From Tubulanus polymorphus (taxonomy: Eukaryota; Animalia; Nemertea): 64,000 nucleotides of DNA. This document shows positions 39,001-50,000 of the stretch, piece after piece. Every line of letters starts with the position of its first letter. Within the stretch, counting starts at the first letter, position 1. The position numbers and the translations under genes were made by a program. Under the pieces are notes generated by a model. That model ran no database searches and was not told the DNA's origin. It saw only the letters and a program-made list of their open reading frames with translations. Location of the stretch: the NCBI RefSeq assembly GCF_964204645.1, contig NC_134027.1:20546560-20610559 (forward strand). Reading direction: 5' to 3'.

Positions 39001-40304
39001 TACATTCATTCTTGCTAATATACCGATATATCTTAGATTTTCAGCTTACAGCAAGACCACTTCAACACCTGTCATCGCCAAAAATACAAATGATCCTTTT
39101 AAGTGACCAAACGAACTGCGCCTTCCTGCTGCAAAAGTTAACGCATGTTCATTTCAGCGTACTGACATGACCCAGTTTAGGTTAAAATACACATGTAGCG
39201 ACGCATGCACACGCGACCAATTTCTAGACTTAGAGGATTTCACCAATACTTACTAATGCGCATGCATCATAAACAGAGACTTGGGAAACTTTACGGTTTT
39301 TGCCTCTGTACGTGACTACGTATGCGCATGCGTGAAAGAATAGGGTTAGGGTAAGGCTCCCGGGTGAGGCTATATATAAATGAACTTTCATCAACCCTGC
39401 AGTTGTTTTCTGTGGCTCAGTGGGTAAAGCACTGGTCAACCGTAAGATATTTTTCATTTGGTTTCGAATCCCAATATTGCAAGTCAGAATTCTACCGTAT
39501 TGCGAATATGTGCTAACCTACTCACGTACGGATATCCTGTGGAGATCACCGTACGGTCACGTACTGGTAGCCACAGCGAATTTGTTAATTTTTCGTATTA
39601 TTTGACACTCTTGAATAGAATGAATCGAATGGAGAAGGGCTTTCCCTCAATCAATAATCCAACGTTTTCTCAGTTATGTTAAATGAAACGCTGCAGCTTC
39701 GGTCCGTAAACGGAGTGCGATAGCTGCGGTTATGGGAGTTAGTTAGCGCATGCGCAATACACTAGAATTCTGACTTGCAATATTGGGATTCGAAGCCACA
39801 GCACATGACTGGAAGACTTGAGGAAAGTTAATCTATATAAAGCCTCACCTTACCCTAACCCTATTTCGTCACGCATGGACGTATTTTATATAGATATAGG
39901 CCTAATTTTTGGCATTCTGTTAAGACATAAATGAGGTATGTACCCCAAAAAGTAAGCAAAATATCCAAGAAAAACAGGTCTCATCCATTAATAAATAGAC
40001 ATTAGTGCAGACTCCCGTAAACGTAGACTAAACAGTTTGTAAATGAAATCATCAGCGGTTTACATATGATTTCTTATTCTGTAACGACATCAGTGACTGA
40101 GTGGTAACTTAAGTTTTGAGGAGACGAATCCGAATCGTCTAGAGAACGAGACTTACTATTTTTCAAACACCAACCGACATTATTAGCACATCTAACGTGA
40201 TTTGCCGCGCCTCTGCCTTCCATTGCTTGGGATAGGGTAGATTTACCGGATTGTTCGTGCCTCTCCGGATAGTAATGATACCCGCGCTCATCATTCCTTG
40301 ACAT
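33084..40304 (-). CDS. ATP23: Mitochondrial inner membrane metalloprotease ATP23 homolog (XRCC6BP1/KUB3), 233 aa
   Basis: Exons: 40304-40157, 37931-37886, 37801-37720, 36669-36535, 35993-35901, 33281-33084 (702 nt, GT-AG, in phase). Protein reads NPMIKILVGAMKKHGC...SCENCEGRVTGGYDPETNQVVICQNN...LGHEFVHAFDACRA (HExxH)...HLACTEIRAANL...VFDKCYNDMEPIGR. AATAAA on the - strand at 33044-33039. Confidence 0.96.
33430..35582 (-). mobile_element. HINE-like element (outer copy), split by the inner copy
   Basis: Segment 35582-34898 continues seamlessly at 33670-33430 (ggtggccatatac[aaaaa]ctaatgaccttgaaac). Confidence 0.8.
33671..34897 (-). mobile_element. Full-length HINE-like element (inner copy) in the last ATP23 intron
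   Basis: The - strand 5' end is ttagcccacttgggactttagtcccagcgggcta (subTIR plus hairpin), followed by (GTCC)n and 154-bp units. The 3' end is cccaagtggacatggtgtccctggacccctagt. Confidence 0.85.
39325..39878. repeat. Long imperfect inverted repeat in ATP23 intron 1
   Basis: Perfect 32-bp inverted core at 39463-39494 and 39763-39794. The outer arms share catgcgtga...aatagggttagggtaagg...gaggct. Confidence 0.8.
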
Positions 40305-41046
40305 TTCCTAAATTTTATGCGAAATAAAATCGAAAAATCAACATCAACCGGCTTTTATCTAATGGGCGCTGACATATTGGTTATAACAAATCTAAAAGCG
40401 GTCGACGAAACGTCGAGCAATAGCTTTTATAATAAAAAAAAACATTAGACTTTTTGTCAAGATCACTTGATTGGCCTCGATAATCGTTTGAAAAGAATTT
40501 AAAAAAAGAATTTGGAATTTCATTCGAAATGAATATTCTTAATTAGGCCATTTTAGTTTTTCATTATTGGTCAATTCGCTATCTGGTTTTAACGTTTCTG
40601 GAGCGGGTGGTTTAAAAACAAAAAGGTTCACGTTTTCTAAATAATCTCATTATGTTATCGTTAAAGCAGAATTACATCGTAGTCAAATTTATTTTCAAGT
40701 TAAATCTATCTCGGAGATTAGGTTTGAATATGTTAATGCTGCTTGAATGCTGTATTTCTTTGGGCTGGCGAAAACCAAAACTGGGCCCATCCGGATATGC
40801 CATGGCCATGGCTGGCATGGGAGGGGGGCAAGGCGATGAACGAAACCCGGGTACGGATTAAATGTTTAAAAGCCGGACCCGGACTAAAAGTTTTGATAGA
40901 TTCTGTAGTATTCTGGAATCGTTCTATTCGGTTAAAATACGTAATCAAGGGGGATTTTGCGTTTGGAAATTCTTTGGCAGTAGTACCGCCGACCGTACGC
41001 GCATGAAGAATACTCGGCGAATCTGAATTCCATTTCTTCATTTCAG
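40305..41046. promoter_or_regulatory. Probable bidirectional promoter and 5' UTR region shared by ATP23 and HSF2BP
   Basis: The divergent start codons are about 0.75 kb apart. The HSF2BP ATG sits just after an acceptor (ttcag, AG at 41045-41046), implying an upstream non-coding exon. ATTGG boxes occur at 40376, 40470 and 40566, and a CHR-like TTTGAA at 40487-40492. Confidence 0.55.
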
Positions 41047-41048
41047 AA

Positions 41049-44000
41049 ATGAATAATTTGAGAAGCCTCGATGAAAATTTCGACAGTTTAAAATTGGAGT
41101 GGCGAGAGATGAAAGATACGCTCTTTCAAGTAGGCTATATAATAGCAAATAAACAATTTAACGTATATACTACAATAATATCGTAACTTTCGATTTCATT
41201 TCGTTTTCTTTTTTATCATTTCAAGGAAGCCAGCGGAATATTTGCCGTAAAACGCAAAGACGTTGAAGCACTGAAAAGTGAGGTTAGTTCGCTGAAACGA
41301 AATCTGCCTAGCATTCTTTGTGTGAATTCAGATTTCTCGAATGCAGTCAGTAGACTTTCCTCCATTAAAAACGGTAGGTCCCTTCTAAGCTTTATTCTAC
41401 TTTTTAATGAATACGCCTTACAGTAAGGCGAGAATTACTAAGTACTAATACTAAAATGGACTCGTTTTAACCGCGAGATTTTCAAAACGTTTTGTCGAAA
41501 ATTTGAAATTTCTGTAGGCCCCTAACTCTTCCATTTCGGAATTTCACCATTCGAATTAACAATGAAAGAGGAAAACTATCATAAATAACACATCCATTTT
41601 GTCTGCCTGACTTAATCGTCTAGACTTCGCAAATGAAGATTTAGAAAAGGAGGCCGGTTGTTTTCTGGTTTATTCAGCTAAATATTGCTTACTTTGATCG
41701 GGCAGGTGCATTACCGTCGCACTCCTTGCTTTGGCCACACCAAGGAATTCCTGTTTCTCGGGTGGGACAATCACCAAAATAGGAGAAAGTACGGTAGTAG
41801 GGATTTGTTTTTCTTTTTACAAAAAAGATTTGGGTATTCTTCTCACAGTCGCAATAAATGATTTTTTACGGGACCATATTTCCAGTTAGAAATAATTCTG
41901 GAAATTTGGTCCCGTAAAAATCATTTATGATTAGCACCTAGAAGACCGCAATGATAAAAGGAAGTTGATGCATTTTTACAATAAACTACGGTATAAAGAA
42001 AAACTATAATTCTCACTTGGAAACTCTTTGTGAAAAGAAAAGCATCAAACCCTGAATAGGCCTGGAATTTCTTGAATTCTACAATCTTGAATTCTACAAT
42101 GTCTGATTAGCAAGGTTTTCTCACTGAGCATAGCTGTACCATTTCCACAGTCAAATGGTTGCATCCGATGTAATAAGATATTTTTATGATATCGATCTCA
42201 GTGCCGACATCACGATTTGATTGAAAAGAAAAAAAATATTTCAAGAGAATGGAGAGCTTTGCAGTCGGTGGCCATTATTTTTTGAAAAAGTTATTTCATC
42301 CAAAGAAATAGGGCAAAATGGCAAAATTATATTTTGTTTCGAAAATAAATGTTTGAAATGAAGAAATATCGGGTCGGTTGGCCCTAGAATAAGAAACAGG
42401 GTTTTCTTTTGGTGTTGCCTTTGAATGATTCAAAATTCCTAGGATTGGCCATAAAAAGTGTGTTCCACCATCTATCGCAGTAGAGGTCTGCCAGGTTCTT
42501 ATCCGTATTTCGCGCATTTCAAGGCAAGAAATCTTTTACAGACAGATTTCGGATGGATTTCTTAATGTCTCGGATAAATCTTCTATTCTTCTTGTTGTTC
42601 GCGGATAACAGGCGTCGAATTGATGAATTTCATGTAAATACGTAGGTACTAATAAACATGCATTTTCTCAATGAATTACGTCATAGGGTTACTCAATAGT
42701 TCTTGTTTGATCATGATCTTCCATTTCTTTTTCAAACACAAAGTTTTTGATATTTGGCGAATTAGGTTGGCAACACTGCTATCGGTAAATGCACAACTGG
42801 CGTGGAAACAATACATCTTGGGTTCAATTGAATGAAAATCCAGAGATCAGTCTTGACATGGAAGTAAAATTGACGATAATCTCCATAATGTCGAGTTTAT
42901 TAATTGACATAGCATGGCAATGCAATATCAATGGAGCACCATGTGGCTAGCAAGGATCCACCTGATTCGCTAAACTATAGTTATTCCGAGTATAGTCTTC
43001 GGAGTTCAATCTTCTCTACATTTCTGAAAACCGAATGAACTTTCATCTTGAATATAATTATTCATGAAAACTATACCCATATCTGAGCAGAAAAATGAAT
43101 TTAAAGTATATTTGGTGCAGGGCTTCCAGTGGTTCTTCCAAGTCCTTCTTTTTACTCTAAGCCCTTCCTCGTGATGAAATAGTACTTCCAACTTTGATTT
43201 TTTATGTTTCTTTCTCGGATCAACTCAGGTATAGGGGAGTGTAGTTCCTAATTCGTCTAGTGGGACAACTGAGGTATCGGTGATTGTAGTTCCTATCCTC
43301 AGATTTAAGCCGCGATCACACGGAGACGATTTGGCCCGGGCCAAATTGGCACGGATCAGGCTCGGGCCAAATTTGGCCCGTGCCTAATAAGAGAGCGCGT
43401 TCACACGCAAACCATTCACTCGATACTAAACAATGCTCAAACAAAGCGAAGTTGATCATTTTCGGTGCCAGTTGCAATTCAAACACAAGCATTTGTCTGG
43501 TGCTAAACTTTGGCTCGGGTCTGGTCCGACGTTTTTGGTCGCGCCAAATTTGGCACGGGCAGGTGATCGCGGCTAGACCGTTCTATGAGTGATTATTCGG
43601 ACACTTGAAATTCAACAGTCGACGATTTAACAGTTCGACGGTTCTACATTGGACATTACGACGTACAGACATATACAACTCCCACGATCTCGGCATCACG
43701 GAGCCTCGATAGAAAAAATCACATCACCTCTGAATAGGGGAAGATCCTGGCACCTCTAGGCCTATATATAGGAGAAGATCACGACACGTCCTCTATATCG
43801 GGGATATTTGGAAATCTATGCACGATCCATGCGCACACGATCCTGGCACCTACTTGTAGGGTAGGTGAGCGGAAAGAATGGCCAAGGAAAAAATGGCCAG
43901 GAGAAAATGGCCAAGGAAAAAAGTGGCCACGGAAAAAAAGGCCAAGGAAGATTACATAGAAAACTAACCATCATTTCATTGACATACAAGAAATCAAACG

Positions 44001-47000
44001 CATTGCTGTTTTGACATGTCACTTTTTGAGATTATTAGACCTATTCCTGGATTAGTTTACTATGTAAATTTATGATGAGCATATCTCACTTCGATGTTAT
44101 CACTACACCAGTTTGCTATATAAATTACCACAATTTCAATGCATTTACCTTTGATAAGACAGTCTGTGTCCTAATAGCTTACTAAGATGTTTTGAAATAT
44201 TAATCTAGTTAATTTATTAAATTTAAGTTAATCACTATTAAGTTTATCCATTGCCCACTTGCATGATAGCACTTTCATGATAGTTCTTTATATATTCAAT
44301 ATATGTAATAAAATCAAATGTAAGTTCATCAAATTTCTGAACTCATTATACCGATCTGAACTCATTATCCGGATTTTTAATTGTTTTTAGTCCCATGAAA
44401 GATAAATGATGTCATTAAATTGAAAGCTTAATGTTTTTTAACATTGTCAGTAGTTCTCATGAATTTTCCTTTGCCTTCTTTTCTGTGGCCATTTTTTCCT
44501 TTGCCATTTTTCCTGGCCATTTTTCCTTGGCCATTTTTTCGGTTCACCGACCCAAATGTCCCACACCCAGGAAGAAAGACACTCTAAATATTTGGATGGA
44601 TATATGAAAGCTGTGTGTACTGGAGTGTGTAATGGGTAGTGTGGTGTGATCTGTGTGCATTTGTGGCCAGCACACAGATCACATTGTTCAATGGGGTTTG
44701 GTCCAGGACTCGCGAGATTTTCAACAACACGGAAGTAACGTGTAATAAATGATGACTTGAATTGCATGACTACCTACCACCCCTCATTATTGTTGGAAAA
44801 CTAAACGTTCGGCACTGACTAAAAATAAGTAATAACATTCTAGAAATGGCCAGAATTTTAACTTAGGTTCTATCTCATTTTTATTTTACAATTGCGATTG
44901 TTATAATTTTTTTTTTAAACGGCCGTTAAGGCTTCATGTTTCGTCAGCAATTCACTGCAAATAGTTACGCAACTACGCACATTTCAGTGTTTTTGGCGGC
45001 TGTACACTCAATCGGCACCGTTCGTGGCTAGCTTCACTGCGGAATTATCATTAATTAACATCGCCATATCACATCATCAACTTATAATGTGCCTTAAAAC
45101 CCTAACAGCCGAAATAATTGAAATGCACACACGATTTCTATCATTGAAAATTGAGAGAGTGGCCATGTTTGTGTTTGCTGCTTCGCGTAAATCCCGCGCG
45201 GTTCAACCGCGCGGAGTGGGGCCCGTTCTGATTGGCGAATTTACACCGCGCATACGTGCTGAGGAGGCGCGTGACTTCAAGGTAAAATTGTACAAATACG
45301 GTGGTATCCGAACCCGGGCCAGAAATTTGCTAGCGTTGCGCCTAACCAGTAGACCACAGACACTCATAGCAAATCATAGCTCTTATGACAGAAATGAACT
45401 GCAGCACCTGATGGACGCACATCCATTGTGTTGTCATGTGTCGTGTGAGTGCTTCGTTGAATAATGCGTAGTTTGTAATAGATGTATACAGATAGCCTTA
45501 AATAACTTGCGTAGACATTAAAGTTTAATGATTTTATCGTTCTGCTTTTCGGTCAAGTAAATATTGAATTGAACCAGGACAACCTACCACCCCTCATTAT
45601 GCTTATTAAACCAAATGTTTGCACCGACAACAAATTAGTAAAATAGACGTCTTAAAAAAATTCAGAAATTGCCAGAATTTTAACTTACGTTCTATATCAT
45701 TTTTATTTTACAATTGCGATTGGTATAACTTTTTTTAAACGGCCGTTAAGGCTTCATGTTTCGTCTGCAATTCACTGCAAATAGTTACGCAACTACGCAC
45801 ATTTCAGTGTTTTTGGCAGCTGTACACTCAATCGGCACCGTTCGTGATTAGCTTCACTGCGGAATTATCATTGATTAACATCGCCATATCACATCATCAA
45901 CTTATATTGTGCCTTAAAACCCTAACAGCCGAAATAATTGAAATGCACACACGATTTCTATCATTGAAAACTGAGAGAGTGGCCGTGTTTGTCTTCTGCT
46001 GCTTCGCGTAAATCCCGCGCGGTGGCGCAACCGCGCGGAGTGGGGCCAGCAAACGCAGCAAACATAAGTGAAATTCCTTGTATCAAATCATCATTAAAGT
46101 TTTCTACGCTGAATGTATGTGGCCTTATAGCTAAACTCGATATCCCAGAATTCTGTGAATTTATTAGCAATAATGACATCACATGTCTAACTGAAACTCA
46201 CTTAGATGATTTAGACGGTAATTTAGGTTGTAGTTGCCCGCCTCCCATATGGCGCACTTTAAAAATAGGAAAAAGTTTTCAAAAAAAGGATCAGGTGGCG
46301 TCGGTATCATATATAGGAAGTTCATGTAAAAATAAAATAAAACCAATTTTGACTGACTCTCAGTTTGTATCTTGGTATTTATTAGATAAAGATTTATTTA
46401 ATCGCGACAAACATGTACTTTTAGGTGTAATTTATATTCCTCCAGAAAATAGTCGTTATTATTCAGAAATAGCTATCAGAGAAATTGAAATAGAGTTATT
46501 GCAATTGAAAGTTGAGTATGATTTCAATGTGTTAATTTCTGGTGACTTTAATGCTCACACCGCTTGTATGCCAGACTTTTTGGAACCTGATAATCAGATA
46601 ATTCAAGATGATAACTTAGACCCTATTGTTGACTCATTGATTAATTTAGGCGTTCCCACTACTAGAAATAATCAGGACAAAAGAAAGAATAATACAGGCT
46701 ATCAACTAATAGATTTGTGTAAGAACCATTCACTAATTATCCTCAATGGCAGATGTGGCAATGATCAGACAGGTAATTATACTTTTAGGAACACTAGTGT
46801 CATCGATTATTTTGTGTGTGATTTAGAACTGTTTGGTTATGTTGAGAACTTTGAAATAATGCCTTTTGACCCATTATTATCTGATGGACATAATCCTATT
46901 AATCTGTGCGTGTATACGAATTCTAGGGACACCATTGCTAGCGATAATGAAAGGGGTAATGAACACGCGAACATTAAAACTTCAATTAGGTGGGTCAGTA

Positions 47001-50000
47001 CTAGATCAAATCAATTTTTCCTGAATGTAGAATCAAGATTACGAGATAATGATTTAGATAAGTTACTGTTGGACGGGTTGCAAGATCTAGGAAATCAATC
47101 GCCAGATGACATTAATGGACTTACCGATAGATTTGTATCTTCTTTATTATCAAGTGCTGATGAGTGTAATTTGATGTACCATAGAAAAAGTAGGAAAAGT
47201 AATAACTGCAACAAACCGGTCCGCAACAGATGGTTTGGCAGGGACTGTAGAGATGCACAGAAGAAATATAATTATATGAAAAAAAGATATAGGGGTTGCC
47301 CTACCCTTTCCAATTTTGAATCCCTTAAGAACTCGTCTAAAAACTATAAAAAGGTCATCCGAGAAAATAAGAAGAAACAAAAGGATGAATTTATTAAGGA
47401 ATTGAGAGAATGCGAAATTAATAACCCAAAAAAGTATTGGTCGATGCTAAACTCTGCGAGCGGAACAAAAAATAATGAGGCTAATATAGATATTGATATT
47501 TTTCTTGAACATTTTATGAGATTAAATGATTTGAATAATGTTAACAATGAAACCGATGACGGTGATGAGCCCCCAGACGTGGGTGACCATCCTGTCTATG
47601 ACAATTATATTTTGAACAGTGATATAACCAGTGATGAGGTAATTAAGGCTATCTCTTTACTCAAAAACAATAAGGCCCCAGGCATTGATGGAATCACGAA
47701 TGAGCTGCTGGGAGATAGTCAGTATCCGTTTTTAGTTGATATATTACAAAAATTATTCAATTTAGTTCTTAAAACAGGATATGTTCCAGAGATGTGGTCT
47801 ATAGGCGTCATCAAACCCATTTTCAAAAAGAATGGCGATCCCTCTAATCCTGATAATTATAGAGGTATTACCTTAGTTAGCTGTCTTGGTAAATTATTTA
47901 CAAGTATCCTAAATCAAAGATTGTCAACATTTCTAGATACGAATCACATGATAAGTGAAGCCCAGGCTGGCTTTAGATCGAAATATTCCACCATTGATCA
48001 TATTTACACGCTTAAAACAATCGTAGAGCTGTATCTTTGTCAGGGAAGAAGACTTTTTTGCGCCTTTGTTGATTTTAAGAAAGCTTTCGACTCGATTTGT
48101 AGGGTAAAGTTATGGCGAAAATTAATTGCTAACAATGTTAATGGAAACTTTTTCAATGTGGTCAAAAATATGTATAACTCCATAAAATCATGTGTTGAAT
48201 TAAATGGTTGCACGTCACAATACTTTGCAGCTGATAGAGGCTTAAGACAAGGCGAAAATCTCTCACCTATCCTCTTTTCGTTATTCTTAAACGACATTGA
48301 AGAATTTTTCATTGATCGTGGAAAACCAACTTTGTCATTTATAGAAAAACTAAATTTGAATCGTGATCAGGATATTGATACTTTACTGAATTTATTCATA
48401 ATACTATACGCAGATGATACAGTTATTCTTGCTGAGGATGAGAATTTATGTTTGGTGATCAAGAGTTAGAGGTAGTTGAAGATTATGTTTATCTCGGAGT
48501 AAAATTCAATTGGAATGGTAACTTTGCTAAGGCAAAAAAGTATCTTTACGATAAAGCTATCAGAGCTATGTTTTCGATCGTTCAAAAAGGCAGACGTTTG
48601 AAATTGCCCATAGATGTTATGTTTAAATTATTTGATACGTGTGTTGCTCCAATAGCCATGTATGGGTGTGAGATCTGGGGATATGAAAATCTTGATTTAT
48701 TAGAAAATATTCATCGCTTCTTCTGTAAAGTCTTAATGAAAGTGACGAAATATTCTCGCAACTTACAAGTTTTATCAGAGCTAGGACGTTACCCTTTGAA
48801 TATAGATGTTAGACGCAGGATGATTAACTTTTGGGTGAAAACAGTATCTGGAAAGCAAACCAAACTTAATTCAATACTCTATAAAATATCTTTCAATTTA
48901 TTTTTAAGGGATAAATTTAAGAGCCCTTGGTTATCATATATAAAGAAAACGTTTGATGACTGTGGTTTGTCCTGCATTTGGACGCAGCAATTCATGACTA
49001 ACAGCAAATCTTTTTCAAAACGAATAAAACAGATACTCCGTGACCAGCACCTTCAAGAAACTGTATCTGCCATAAATACTAATCCGATATACACTAACTT
49101 TAGGCAATATAAAAATGATATTAGGTTAGAGAAGTATATAATAGAACTTGGTGATGACTTAGGAACTAGTTTATTTGAATTTAGGGTCGGGTCCTATATT
49201 TTACCTGTGAACAAATTTTCAAACCTTCATTTAGACAGAGCCGATAGAATATGCCCCACTTGTAATACTTTAGGTGACGAATCCCATTTTCTGTTTGACT
49301 GTACCTTACTTAACGAACAACGCAAAAACTTTTTGAATTTGAATACCTTTAATACCCTTGATATTCTGAAAAACCCAACGGTCAACTTAGCTAAATTCAT
49401 TAAGACCGGCTTAGATGTATATAGATCCTTCCAATAGTATATATAGTATTGTAAATAGTTGATGTATATAATAGTATATATAGTATTGTAAATAGTTGAT
49501 GTATATATATATTTCGTTACGTTTTCATTCTCTAAATTTTAATCACTTTAGTGTTGTTTTGTAAATATTTGTATATACATGTGTAATAGTTTTCCTCCAT
49601 ATACCATGGAAATGGTTGGAGTGTAAATAAATCGTAATCGTAATCGTAATCGGGCCGATACGTCTAGTGGGTTTATGCCTGAAGGACAAAAATTAGGAAC
49701 GTATTAGTAATACAATTTTTAGAATGAATATTTTGCCCCCCCCCCCCTAAGTTTAAATTTGCAAGTCATACTCATTGTTGAAATCTAAGCTCTATGGATT
49801 GAAAGTAGTTAATTGAGCAAAACAAATGTTAATTTCAGTGTATTAGAAGAACATTGTTGCAGCTAAATGGACTGAATACAGTGTGTGTACCGAAATTTAG
49901 TACATTGTTTTCTTAGATTATTGAACTAATTAATATTCTATAATCCAAGTATTGAATTATTTCCTATATTGTCTGCAGAGAAATCTAGTATTAGATTAAA

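Noticed and set aside
39341-39351. TTAGGG telomeric-like sequence
   Set aside because: Only about two units, and part of the inverted-repeat arms.
39412-39475. Possible tRNA gene
   Set aside because: A/B-box-like motifs only; acceptor and anticodon stems cannot be formed.
40652-41041. Overlapping ORFs in the ATP23-HSF2BP intergenic region
   Set aside because: No homology recognized; the region is better explained as promoter, UTR or intron.
45024-45464. 146-aa ORF upstream of the LINE as a possible ORF1
   Set aside because: It lies in the duplicated hairpin-ended repeat, and the frame is not preserved in the second copy.
49433-49510. Tandem duplication of ~37 bp
   Set aside because: Ordinary low-complexity feature of the LINE 3' UTR.
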